In this document: positions 12,980-24,569 of the stretch, one piece after another
Position numbering within the stretch: position 1 is the stretch's first letter
Layout of the letters: each line of letters starts with the position of its first letter
NCBI GenBank assembly: GCA_965153285.1
Contig: OZ229123.1
Direction: 5' to 3' (one strand)
DNA length: 64,000 nucleotides
Source of the DNA: Podarcis tiliguerta
Taxonomy: Eukaryota
Position numbers and translations under genes: made by a program
Notes under the pieces: model-generated
Told to the model about the DNA's origin: nothing
Seen by the model: the letters and a program-made list of their open reading frames with translations, nothing else
Database searches by the model: none

Positions 12980-14450
12980 CTTCTGAAAAGGGGACCCTGG
13001 CCAGATTAGATGCTTCCCCTGCGGAGGGGCTGCTAGGAGCCGGCAGAGGAGCGGGAGAGCCCCTCACCTTGAACTCCCGGCTGTGCTGCGGCGTATACTC
13101 GAGCGTCCAGAGGGCCCGCACTAGGTGCGACAGCTGCTCCGTCACCTCGCCCTTGCAGTTGTCCGGGGCGGGCTCCGGCGGGCGGGCGGGGGCCACGGCT
13201 GGCACGTCCCTCTCGCCGCCGCGGCCCTCCTCTTCCTCCTCCTCCTCCTCTCCGCCGGCGCCTCTGCCTCCGTCCCCGGCTTCTGCGGCGTTGGCGGCGC
13301 GGTACTGCTCGAGGGCGAGGTACTCGGCGAAGAGCTCGGTGTTGCTGAGGCACTGCAGGATGGCGTTCATGAAGCACGTGTTGCCGTGGTTGCGCAGCCC
13401 CGCCACGCCGGGCACGGCCGGCAACAGCAACGACCCCGCCGAGGAGCCCGGCGGCGGCGGCGGTGGCGGTGGCGGCGACGAGATCAGCTCCTGGGTGGCG
13501 GGAGGCTGCGGAGGCGGCGGCGGCGACGGGGGAGGCGGCGGCTCGGGCTCCGGGCTGGGCTGGAAGCAGCGGCCCAGGCTGCTGCCGCCGGGGGGGTGTC
13601 CGTGGCGGGCGGTGGTGGCGGCGGGCCCGTGCTCGGTGCCCAGGTGGGAGAGCGTCGAGAGCGTCTTCAGCACGCGGCTCATGAATCCGCCCAGCGACCT
13701 GGAGGAGGAGGAGCCCGAGCCCCCAGTGCCGGACCCGCCGCCGCCCACCCGGCCCCGGAAGAGCAGCCGCTTGCTGAAGGAGCGCTTCTCCTTGGCCGCC
13801 GCCGCCACCACCACCGGCGAAGCGGCGGCGGGCAGCACCGGGGCCGCCACCGCCGCAGCGCCACTCGCCCGGCCCGACATGGCGCCCTCTCCCCGCGGGC
13901 CTACCACCGCCTCATCCCCGCCGCCGCAGCCCAGCCTCCGCGCCTGGGAGCTTCACCGGCGGCACAGCCGTGCAGGAGCCGGAGCTGCTCCTCCTCCTCC
14001 TCCTCCTCCTCCTCTTGCTGCTGCTGCTGCTCAGGCTGAGGCGGCGGCGGGCGGGGCGGAGCCCGCGCTGCGAGACGGGCACGCAGGAAGCCGGCGCCGC
14101 CATGCTGGTTGCGGGCAACCGCGGGAACCAGCCGGCCTACCCTTCTCGCGGCCGCCGCCATCTTTGGTCCTGGCAAAGGCCTCTTTCCCCCTCCTCCGTC
14201 TCCCTCAGTGAAGAAGAGAGGCAAATAGCGTAAAGGGGCGGCGGCGGCTTCTTCGGCCACTCTTGCCAGCCGGGCAGCTTTCAGTGCGGCCCAGTTCCCC
14301 TCGGCGCTGGCTCGCGAAGGCCCAGGCCCGAGCCTGTTTCCTCTTGCTCGGCTCCTCTAGACTTCCCGCCAAAACCTCCGTCGCCTCAGGGAGCTCACAG
14401 GGAAGCCAGGAGTTGCCTTTTCTCCACAGAGACGGAATTATCGTGGCCAT
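12980..14450 (-). promoter_or_regulatory. CpG island covering USP31 promoter, 5'UTR and exon 1
   Basis: Very GC- and CpG-rich; GGGGCGG boxes; YY1-like AAGATGGCGGC on the - strand around 14154-14164. Confidence 0.85.
13068..13880 (-). CDS. USP31: Ubiquitin carboxyl-terminal hydrolase 31, coding exon 1 (271 codons); rest of gene lies left of the window
   Basis: ATG at 13880 in gcgccATG context. KEKRSFSKRL...GFMSRVLKTLSTLSHL, the Cys box GLRNHGNTCFMNAILQCLSNTELFAEYLAL and GEVTEQLSHLVRALWTLEYTPQHSREFK match USP31. Phase-0 donor AAG|GTGAGG at 13067. Located in a CpG island next to SCNN1G, as in other tetrapods. Confidence 0.95.
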
Positions 14451-14480
14451 AAATAAATAAAGTAGCTAGCATGCAAACAT

Positions 14481-15742
14481 TCTATCTCTCTTCTCTTTGG
14501 TCATCACTCGTAGCCGAATAAGATTGTCTTCCATAAACACGGTTTTAACAATGAGTCCGTAAGTGACTGTGGAGGCCAATTCTGGTTCCACACGTCCTTC
14601 GACAGTGGGGACATTGGTTTCCAGTCGGGAGTTGAACAAGGTGAGGATTTGCCAAGCGTGCCTTCCTCTTAGCACGTTTCTCCCTTGCGTCCTGAGTTCG
14701 AGTGTCTTCAAAGCCCATGACACCTTTGGTAAAGGCTGTTCTCCAATTGGAGCGCTCGCAGGCCAGTGTTTCCCAGTTGTCAGTGTTTATACTATATTTT
14801 TAAAGATTTGCCTTGAGACAGTCTTTAAACCTCTTTTGTTGACCACCAGCATTACGCTTTCCATTTTTAAGTTCGGAATAGAGTAGTTACTTTGGAAGAC
14901 GATCATCAGGCATCCACACAACATGACCAGTCCAACGAAGGTGATGTTGAAGAATCATTGCTTCAGCACTGGTGATCTTTGCTTCTTCTAGTACGCTGAT
15001 ATTAGTTCACCTGTCTTCCCAAGTGATGTGTAAATTTTTTCGGAGACACCGTTGATGGAATCTATCAAGGAGTTGGAGATGGCGTTTATAAGTGGTCCTT
15101 GTTTCACAAGCAGATAGTAAGGTTGGCAGTACAATAGCTTTGTAAACAAACATTTTGGTTTCCCTGCGAATGTCCCAGTCCTCAAACACTCTGCACTTTA
15201 TTCGGGAGAAAGTCGTACTCGCAGAGCTCAGGCGATAGTTGATTTTGACATCAATGTTGGCCCTTGTGAAAAGATAACTGCCTAGGTAGGAGAAGTGATG
15301 GACATTTTCCAACGTGACACCATCGAGTTAGATTTGTGGTGCTGCAGAGGGGTTATTTTGTACTTGTTGGTGCATCACTTTGGTTTTTTGGATGTTGAAT
15401 GATAGGCCAAGCTTTTCGTAAGCTTCTGCAAAGATATTTAGGATGGTTTGGAGGTCATCCTCTGAGCGTGCACACACTACGTTGCCATCAGCATACTGAA
15501 GCTCTATGACGGAAGTTACAGTAACCTTACTCTTTGCTTTCAGCCGGCTCAGACTGAAGAGCTTTCCATCTGTTCAATATATGATTTCTACTGCAGTGGG
15601 GAGTTTCCCTTCGACAACTCGTAGGATCATGGAATGAAAATAATGAATAGAGTTGGGGCAATAACACAACCCTGTTTAACACCTGATCCCACTGAGTGGT
15701 TCACTTTAAGAGCCATTGTTCTCTGTGATTGTCGCGGTCATA
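14481..15742 (-). mobile_element. RTE-clade LINE, 5'-truncated and degenerate (RT C-terminal half plus 3' end)
   Basis: GSGVKQGCVIAPTLF; ELQYADGN (YADD-like); FSYLGS; TKMFVYKAIVLPTLL...FHQRCLR; short repeat tail. Confidence 0.9.
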
Positions 15743-16107
15743 CTAGATTGCTACACCCGCCCTTGCCCAGGGAGCTTTCCCTGAGCAAGGCGGGTGCGAC
15801 CACTGCTTTTGTTGGAGGGCAAAAGCAGGTGTTCCACAGGGCCTGTCCTGCACCCCCCTGAACAGCAGCCTTCAGGTGTGCTGCTATCCTGTTGCCAGTG
15901 TTGAGTTCAAGTCCCTTCTCAATCTAGTTACCTTCTGAACTTGGGAGGGAGGTGCCATCTTGCCCTTTGCCTCCGGCAACAAAATGTCTTGGACCAGCCT
16001 CTACCAGCAAACACAGCAATCCCCACGCACACACATTTGCAGCATCGCTGGCTCCAGCAACATCAGTGCTCCTAGTTCTTCCCTATAGAGCAACACTTCC
16101 TTTACTG

Positions 16108-16308
16108 CAGAGCTTTCAAAACTGTTTCGCTACACATTAGTGTGTCGGCTGCAGTGTGTAGGTGTGTTGTGAAAATGCTCCCCGCGCTCCTCCAGGGGGT
16201 GGAAAGGAGTTCATTTAACCTTCGGTTTGCTAGTAAAACTGAATGGCTGTGTCGCAAAATGATGCACTTCTAAAAAGCATGTCACCAACATGAAAAGTTT
16301 GGAAAGCT
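16108..16308. mobile_element. hAT-type MITE (CAGAGCTTTCCAAACT TIR)
   Basis: TIR plus CTTTACTG flanking duplication; second copy at 31361-31779. Confidence 0.7.
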
Positions 16309-17748
16309 TTACTGCTTGACTGCTTGAAGGTTGTCTGATGTGTTCCTGTGATGCACTGCTGTTTTGGAGATAACCTTTGGCATCTTCAGCAGAGGCTGCT
16401 GCAAGGGTATGAAGACAAGCTGCAGCTTCACCCGACCTCAGTTATGCCTTCAGTCTTTACAGATCTTGAATGTGCCCTCCTCCTGCTTTGCAACTGTAAA
16501 GGCATCGATGAACCACATGGGAGCTATTAAAAACAAGAAGCAGATGATTTGGGAGTGATCAGACTCCCACTGCTTTACAGTGTGTTATGTGGTTGGGTGA
16601 CACTGCTGAAGTTATCACATATATTTATGTATCAGTCAGTGGGTGGCTGTTGTTCACAGAGTCTGGTAGAGTTTAAGGAAGGAGGTCAACAGTAGGGGGA
16701 GCCAGAGCCAATGCGTGAGTTCAGTGTAGAACTGCTGAGTTCTACAAGGGCAGAACTGGGGCTATAGAGGAGGAACTTGATAGGCATTGCTACCCTCTGG
16801 ACTGGTTGTCAGAAGGCAGGGCTGGACAGGGCAGACCAAGGCTCACCCTAATGAATCACCCTCCAGTGGTATCTGCATATGTTAAACTGAAAACCTCAAA
16901 CGTAGCAAATGTTAAATTCACATTTCAGAAGAGCAGCTATGCTAGTCTGTTGCAACAAAAACAATAAAGAGTCTTGTAGCACTTAAAAACTAACAGTCCA
17001 AGATAGGTTTTGTGAATGGCACACTCACTCACACACACATAATTCATTATTCAATCCTATGTTTTTCAAACAATCGCCAGCATTTCGGAGTTTGCAGACA
17101 TTCCCAGCATTTGCCTGAGGGCTGTTAACCTTCATGTGAATGTCAGCATTCACCATACCTCATACAACCACAGTTATTGTAGGCTGAGAGAAAATATTAA
17201 TGACACACTACACTGAATCATTTATTTGGAACATTTTTACTACCTTCTTCAGCCAAAAGAGGGGGGCCCTTGTTTTTCTTCTTTGCCTCGTTGTAGAAAC
17301 ACCTCACCATCAAATATATCTCTAATTATGCAGTTCCGAAACTGTAGGATTGAGAACTATCCCTGCTGAGTATTCACATAGGTAAAGAAATCCCATATTC
17401 CCCTTGTTTATGGACTACTTATGGACATATTTGGATGGGAAATTCCCACGCTCTCCTCATCTATCTTTCCATTCTAAATGTCCAATGGCTATGCTCACTC
17501 CTGCTTGTCTGGTGGCTTGTTCCACGGAATCAGTGGTTTCCTGTGTTTGGTTGCCTTTGGAAGGAGGTCACAAGAGATTTGTGATGTTTTGTAATATTTG
17601 AATTTGTCTACAAGTTGAGCATAGCTGGACTTTTGAAGTGCCTAAGGTCCTCTGCTGCCACATGGGATTGATGCAGAGAAACAGCCAGCCCACCCAAATA
17701 CAGTTTGCTTACAAACCCCAAGTCAGTTTTCTATGGGTCTCTCCAGAC

Positions 17749-17990
17749 CAGGGGTCAGCAACCTTTTTCAGCCATGGGCCGGTCCACCGTCCCTCAGACC
17801 ATGTGGTGGGCTGGATTTTGGGGGGAATGAACGAATTCCTATGCCACACAAATAACCCAGAGATGCATTTTAAATAAAAGCACACATTCTACTCATGTAA
17901 AAACATGCTGATTCCCGGACCGTCCACGGGCCGGATTGAGAAGGCAATTGGGCCGCATCCAGCCCCTGGGTCTTAGGTTGCCTACCCCTG
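17749..17990. mobile_element. hAT (Charlie-like) MITE
   Basis: TIR CAGGGGT...ACCCCTG and perfect 8-bp TSD CTCCAGAC. Confidence 0.9.
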
Positions 17991-18819
17991 CTCCAGACTC
18001 TTTTGTGGGGGCAGGGGAGTATTTTGTGACACATCATTGATATAATCAATGTAAGCACATTACTGGTGGTTTATACTAGACCCTCCATTCTACTTTATAA
18101 TTTGCTTTCCCCAATGTTACCATATTACTGCCAACTTCTGCACTATCCTGCAACAAAAGCAAGGGACAGGAATAAACCCCAAACCCAGAATATTTATGGG
18201 ATGAAAAATGTTTGTTTCTTCTTCTGACAATTTTCTTGGTCTACTCTGAAGTGATGCTTTTGACCTTTAAAATCTTAAATGGTTTGGACCAAATTATTCA
18301 AAGGTCCATCTCACCTCTACCTTGCCTCACTTGCCCATCTCTGAGAGCATATAGGTTAGACAGGAGGGAGACAGGGGACCATGTTGCTTCAAGGGGCTGA
18401 TAGGAGTTGTAGTCCAAAACAGCTGAAGGGCACCAGGCTGGCAGGGGTGGTAAAGACTCCATTCTTTTCACTGGCTTTTTCCTGAGTTTGATCTTTTCAA
18501 TTGTTGGTTGGCTTTGGCTGTAGTTGAGTATTGGATTGTCTTTTTCAAAGAGGGTGGATGCTTCCTTGCATTCTTTTGGCTTTTCTAACTGATATATATC
18601 TGCAGCTGTATTATATAGCTTCAAACTATGTAACATCCCCCGGGGTGGGGTTCCACCCTTAAGAAAGGGCTAAAAGTATTTTAAATAACTACATAACCAT
18701 GAAGCAAATCAAGGCAGCATAATATAAAGCTGCTCCTCCACTTTGACGATATGGATCAAGACTTTCTTTCTTTCCTTCTTTCAAACGAACAAACAAACAA
18801 CATAATCCTTTCTTTCTGT

Positions 18820-19119
18820 TCCACTGCTGGACCGCCTGCTCCTACGCTTGCTGCCGGCAGGGGCCGCTGCAGGGCAGGGAGCGGCGGGCGAGTGGCGCGG
18901 CAGGGCGGTGAATAACCTGCAGGGGGCGCCTCGAGCTCGCGGGGCGGCGGGCGCGTATTGCAACCCGAGCCTGGCGAAGGCGTGGCGGCCGGCCGGGGGC
19001 GGGCTGGAGCGGCCGGGGCAGAGCAGAGCCAGCCGCGGCATCCCGCAGTAGGAGCTGCGCCCTCGCCAGCCTCGCCATGCAGTCCCAGCCGGCTCTCAGC
19101 GTCAACCGCGGCCCCGCAG
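18820..19119 (+). promoter_or_regulatory. SCNN1G: CpG island and probable non-coding exon 1 of SCNN1G
   Basis: CpG-rich stretch with GC boxes ending at a consensus donor CAG|GTGAGA (19119/19120), about 5 kb before the ATG exon. Mammalian SCNN1G has a non-coding exon 1. TSS cannot be fixed from sequence. Confidence 0.7.
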
Positions 19120-19379
19120 GTGAGACGCGGCGGAGATGAGGTGCTCGGGTCTGCTCTCTGTCTCGGGTGCCTCTGGAAGCTGGGAAGTTCAGCTGCCTGG
19201 GTGGGTGGGAGGGAGGGAGATTGGAGACGCGCCCACCTCCGAGGGTCCAAACCCGGGGCTGGGAGCCAGCCTCGACCGGAGGGTTGTGGGGAGAATTAGG
19301 ACAGGCAGAAGTAAGGACTTAAACTATGGAACTCGCTGCCGCAGAAGGCAGCGAGTGCCCCTGTATTGAGTGGCGTGGC

Positions 19380-19712
19380 ATTAAAAGAAGATTGAGCTAA
19401 TATATGGAGGGGAAGGCTATCGATGGCTTCTATCGAGCTCTCTTTTGCAAGCGAAAGTTTATTTTCTCCTGCTCTGGAGGGTAGGTCTGGAACCAATGGC
19501 TCCAAGTTACAATAAAGGAGATTCCGACTACGGGGAAAACTTTTGTCAGTAAGAACTGTTCGACAGTGAAACAGCCTCCCTCGGGAGGTTGTGGACTCTC
19601 CTTCCTTGGTGGTTGGATGGCCATCTGTCATAGATGCCATAGCTGAGTTTCCTGCATTGCAGGGGGTTGGACTAGATGACCCCTGGGTCTCTTCCAACTC
19701 TATGATTCTATA
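19380..19712 (+). mobile_element. CR1 LINE 3' fragment
   Basis: CR1-type RT end and tail GGGGTTGGACTAGATGACC...TTCCAACTCTATGATTCTAT. Other CR1 pieces near 22200-22910(-), 40950-41330, 42770-43180, 44170-44430, 50540-51125, 56190-56535, 62110-62800. Confidence 0.8.
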
Positions 19713-21309
19713 ATTTGTTTATATATTTATTCCGAATACCGGTTGCTTAACACCACAGGAGGGGACAGTGCTGCTCTTACGCTCAGGTCCTGCTTGAGGG
19801 TTTCACAGAAGAGGCACAGAAGAGACCAAGAGGCTGGACCAGATGGGCCCCCTTTGGCCTCATCCAGCACTGCAGGGCTCTTCTGGTGTCCTCTGCAGTG
19901 AGGCTCTCCCAGGGCAGACGTCTGCCCTCTCCAAGGGGTGGGTGGAGAGGGAAGGGGGGACAGGAATCCAGAGCCGACCATTTTAACTAGCCCTCCCCAG
20001 GGAGAAGAAGGGGTCTCCCCAGTGTTTCATTTGCCACAGTTGGAGCTACTGTCTTGCCTCCGGGCCCCCTGACATCTCCAAGCACAGACTAGGCTCCTGC
20101 CTGAAATCCTGGAGAGCTCCTGCCAGTCAGTGTTGACAGTGCTGAGCTCAAATGACTCAGTCAAAGGGGGGCTTTCTGTCTTCCTCCTCCATCGCTCAGA
20201 AGACTTCCTTACATCCCAGGTGACACCATTTCTTCCTGATGGTGTCACAGGAAGATGGGGTTGTATCAGGGATATAACAGCAATGCTCCTTGATTTCCCA
20301 TGAAATGTCCTTCTTCCCTTTCTTTCTGGGGATTGGAGAGCAGGGAGGAGAGAGGAAGGAAGGTTGTTCCACCTTTTATTCTTATGTATCTGTTTAATTT
20401 ATATGCCACCTTTTTCTCCCAGGAGCTCAATGGTTCTCCCCCTCCTCATTTAATCCCCGCAACAACCCTGTGAGGTAGGTTAGGCTGAGAGGCAGTGACT
20501 GGTCCCCAGTGAAGCTCTCTCACAGGTCCTAGCCCAGCACTAACCACTGTGCCATGCTGGCTCTCTCTAGGGCTAAAGTGAGATTCCCAGCTGGGGGGCA
20601 GGTCCCCTTGCGTATGGGGAGTGGCTGGCAGGGGCTGCCCTGAACTGTGTACTATTAGCAGAGAAGGCTCTGGCCTCTAAGGTAATCCCTTTGTGGGAAA
20701 AGGTCCCCGGGAACCACTGGAATTCCCAGAGGTGCGTGCATCTTAAAGACGGCTTTTCATCCCAGTCTATAAAAGGTGTTGATGGGAAGCAGGTGTTTGC
20801 TACTGAGAGAACCCATTTCAGGACAAAACAGATATCCTCTGGCTGAACAGCCACCCATAGCTATAGGGAGATGCAAGCCTCAGAGTTTCACAAAATTCTT
20901 CAAGCTGGAGCAACTCCTCTATCTAGGCCTGCCACATACCCTTTTATATACTCTTTGTAAGCTGCTTTGAGGATTTCCAAGCGGCTTATAAATTTTATGA
21001 AATAAATATATAAATACTCTTGGCCACCCGTATTTTGGGAGCAAGACGGCAACTGGAGGATCTCCTTGTCTTGTGACATACACAATCCTCAACTCACTGA
21101 AAACAGGGGGTCTTAGCATAAATTGCTAGCTTAAAACACAGTTATGCGGGGATTTTTCCTCCGTTCAGATGGAAGTTGGTTTCAGGGGAAATGCGTCAGG
21201 TTGCAGTATTTTATAAGAAACGGCAGGATTGGTATGGCATATGACTAGTGTTGTGTGTAAACCACTTTCCAAACCCGCAGTAGGTGTACGTGGGATGCAG
21301 AGTAAACGG

Positions 21310-21460
21310 GTGCAGTGTGGTGCAATGGTTAGTGTGTCGGACTGGGGACCTGGGAGACCAGGGTTTAAACCCTCACTCCGTCATGAATCTCACTGGGTGA
21401 GCTTGGGCCAGTCACTGCCTCTCCATCTAGCCCACCTCACAGGGTTGTTGTGAGGATAAA
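21310..21460 (+). mobile_element. MIR-like SINE
   Basis: CTCACTGGGTGAGCTTGGGCCAGTCACTGCCTCTC...CCTCACAGGGTTGTTGTGAGGATAAA core. Similar - strand copies near 20390-20560, 27310-27520, 45225-45405, 49400-49590. Confidence 0.65.
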
Positions 21461-22914
21461 GCACACACCCACACACGAGAGAGGGAGAGAGGCCTGGTTG
21501 GTTTCAGCCAGACATTGGGCATTCAATGTGCCACCAGCCCCATCCTGTGCAAACAAACGCTCCTGGAGATTCAGCAGAGGTCCTCCTCCCCTTTCACTTT
21601 CAGTAAACTCTTGGAATTTTATTTTTTTTATTCAATGCCAACTGACCTACGCAGTTCTAGGAAATGTTCTCAAGTAGCCAGTCATTGTGATGATTGTTCC
21701 CTATGGCTTTTAACAGGGGGAGTGGCCTGGCTCTTACTTTCTTTATTTACCAAGAGTATTTTTATAGACCTCCCTTTGCTAAAATTATCAGGGTGGTATA
21801 CAGCGATATGAAAGTCGGGCCAGGCCTGAGTCTTACCATGGGAAGAGGAATATTTGTCTTTATTTGGTCCCCTCCCCATCTCAGAGGTTGGTCTTGGTGT
21901 ATTGAACACACAGCACAAATGCAAGGCTGTGGGTTTAAGAACAAAACAGCTCTAGGAATAGGAAGGAGGGGCCAGCAAATGTCAGAAGGGGCATTGGGGG
22001 GGAGAGACCCCTTTCAGGGAGGCTACAGCAGTGGAGTGCCAGCATTGGCAAAGGGTTGGCCTAAATGTCCTCTGAGGTCCCTGCTGACACTGTGTTTGTA
22101 TTATTAAAGGCTCAACGGGTATCTGTGGCTCACCTGGGGCCTCTGACTGTTTAAACAGGTTTGTGGATGGTTTTAGATGTGCAGCAGAGGTTTTCTGATT
22201 AAGCCTGCCATGAGAACGTCCAAAGAGCCTGCTGGGTCAGGCCAAAGGGGGCCTTCTGGTGCAGCATCCTCTTCTTCCTGCAGCCAACCAGAAGCTCCTT
22301 ACGGGAAAGGCTCGAGCAGGACCTGAGCACAAGAGTCTTCTCCCCCCCCCCCTGCGGTTTCCAACAACTGGTATTCAGAAGTATTACAGCCTTCTAACCT
22401 GGGGGCAGGATATTGGCATCATGGCCAGTAGCACTGACAGCCCTCTCTTCCTCGAATTTGCCCAATCCTCTTTTAAAGCTGCCTAGGTTGGTGGCCATCA
22501 CTGCCTCCTGTGGAAGTGAGTTCCACAGCTTAGCTATGTGCTGCAGGAAGAAGGACTTTCTTTTGTTTGTTCCCTTCTGAGTCTTCCAACGTGTATCTTC
22601 ACTGGGTGTGCACAAGTTCTAGTGTGATGACTGTCTCAATGCTAAGTGCAATTTTATAAACCTCTGGTCTGGATAGCTCAGTTGGTTAGAGCATGGGGCA
22701 GATAAAGCCAAGGTTGCAGGTTCAATCCTTGTATGGGGCAACTACATATTCCTGGGCTAGATGATCCAACTCTGCAATTCTGTAATTTACCTCTGACTCA
22801 CCTTTTCTATGAATGAAAAAGTCCCTAACGCTGCAACCTTCCATCATAGGAAGAGTTGCTCCATCGCCTTGATCATTCTGCTTGACCTCTTCTGAACCTT
22901 TTCCAACTGTACAA

Positions 22915-23304
22915 CAGGGGTGGCCAACTCTCAAGAGACTGAGATCTACTTTCAGAATTAAAAGCTGGCAGTGATCTACCACCATTTTGGGGGGGATTCA
23001 GCTCAAAGTTGTTGAGCTTTCTTAGGGGTTAAAAAATAGCTTTTTTGGGAGGGGAACTTCCATGGGGGGGGGTTTAAAGGCAAGGGACAAAGGGGTAAAG
23101 TCACTCACAAAAAGATTGCTATGGATGAAAACAGCAGCACAGAGAAAGCTCCGTCTGCCCTTCTAGAGATCAAATAACAATGGAGGGCAGGGCAGGAGTC
23201 AGTTTTAGTGACCCTAAGGAAAGGGAACCAGAGATCAGCCACAATCTACCAAAACCTCCCGGGGATCTACCAGTAGATTGTGATTGACCTGTTGGACATC
23301 CCTG
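22915..23304. mobile_element. hAT MITE A
   Basis: TIR CAGGGGTGGCCAAC/GTTGGACATCCCTG; flanks CTGTACAA/CTCTACAA. Confidence 0.85.
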
Positions 23305-23312
23305 CTCTACAA

Positions 23313-24177
23313 CAGTGTTTTTGCACCTGGCTTTCAACCACTTGCATAAGGGACGCGGGTGGCGCTGTGGGTAAAACCTCAGCGCCTAGGACTTGCCGAT
23401 CGCATGGTCGGCGGTTCGAATCCCCGTGGCGGGGTGCGCTCCCGTCGTTCAGTCCCAGCGCCTGCCAACCTAGCAGTTCGAAAGCACCCCCGGGTGCAAG
23501 TAGATAAATAGGGACCGCTTGCCAGCGGGAAGGTAAACGGCGTTCCGTGTGCTGCGCTGGCTCGCCAGATGCAGCTTGTCACGCTGGCCATGTGACCCGG
23601 AAGTGTCTGCGGACAGCGCTGGCTCCCGGCCTATAGAGTGAGATGAGCGCACAACCCTAGAGTCTGGCAAGACTGGCCCGTACGGACAGGGGTACCTTTA
23701 CCTTTACCTTCAACCACTTGCAACCAAGTGAAGATGCCTGGGCGCCAAGATAGCACCTGACATCTCCACCATCTGGAGATCATTGGATCTGGGTTGTTTT
23801 CACACACCAATACCCAATCCTGAGGATTCTATCAGTTATGTTTTATCTGTACAATGGGAATGCGTTTCTGGAACCAAAATGCTTTTTCTGTGCGGCCTGA
23901 GCCAGAACAGATACCATTAAAGAAAAAGAGGTTGAAATAGGCCAATATATATGTGGGCTTTCCTGGTTTCAAGTCACTTTTTTTCTTTTAAGTTCTCAAA
24001 GCTCTTAACCTAGCTCAAGGTTTAACTGAGAATCACAATCAGTCCATCATCTGAAAAAGAAGACTTTAGAGCCGTCTTGGCCACAAATGGCAACTAGACG
24101 TTCCTTTTTTTGCAACTCCAACCTTGCTTTAAGGAGCCACTGGGTGCCTAGCTTATATATCTGAGTTTCTAACACTG
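23313..24177. mobile_element. hAT non-autonomous element B, containing a Sauria SINE
   Basis: CAGTGTT...AACACTG ends; perfect TSD CTCTACAA at 23305-23312 and 24178-24185; homologous to 62231-62596. Confidence 0.85.
23350..23710 (+). mobile_element. Sauria SINE nested in hAT element B
   Basis: Full head and ACCTTT tail; TSD TTCAACCACTTGCA. Confidence 0.92.
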
Positions 24178-24252
24178 CTCTACAATATCCAGTGCCTGCA
24201 ATATCCTTGCTTTTTGCTTTGTGTTTCCCCCTCCAAAGTGTCGGCCATTAGC

Positions 24253-24569
24253 ATGGCGCCTGCCAAGAAGATCAAGGCCAAGCTCAAGAAGACATTGCCC
24301 GTGACCGGCCCCCAGGCGCCCACCTTACGGGAGCTGATGCACTGGTACTGCATGAACACCAACACCCACGGCTGTCGGCGCATCGTGGTCTCGCGGGGGC
24401 GCCTGCGCCGCTTCCTGTGGATCCTGCTCACGCTGACCGCCGTGGGACTGATCCTGTGGTACTGCACTCAGCTTGTCCTCAACTACTACAAAGCCTCTGT
24501 CTCTGTCACGGTCCAGTTCCACGCACTCCCCTTCCCAGCCGTCACCATCTGTAACATCAACCCCTACAA
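24253..24569 (+). CDS. SCNN1G: SCNN1G exon 2, coding part (N-terminus, HG motif, TM1)
   Basis: Acceptor ...ccctccaaag| before 24239; ATG at 24253; donor AA|gtaagt; 317 nt. Confidence 0.96.

Noticed and set aside
12843-13067. Read-through of the USP31 ORF past HSREFK
   Set aside because: Homology ends at a consensus GTGAGG donor, so the remainder is intron.
12856-14211. 451-aa + strand ORF (and the 304-aa ORF 13125-14039) antisense to USP31 exon 1
   Set aside because: Low-complexity shadow frames of a very GC-rich coding exon, where stops are rare; no recognisable domain.
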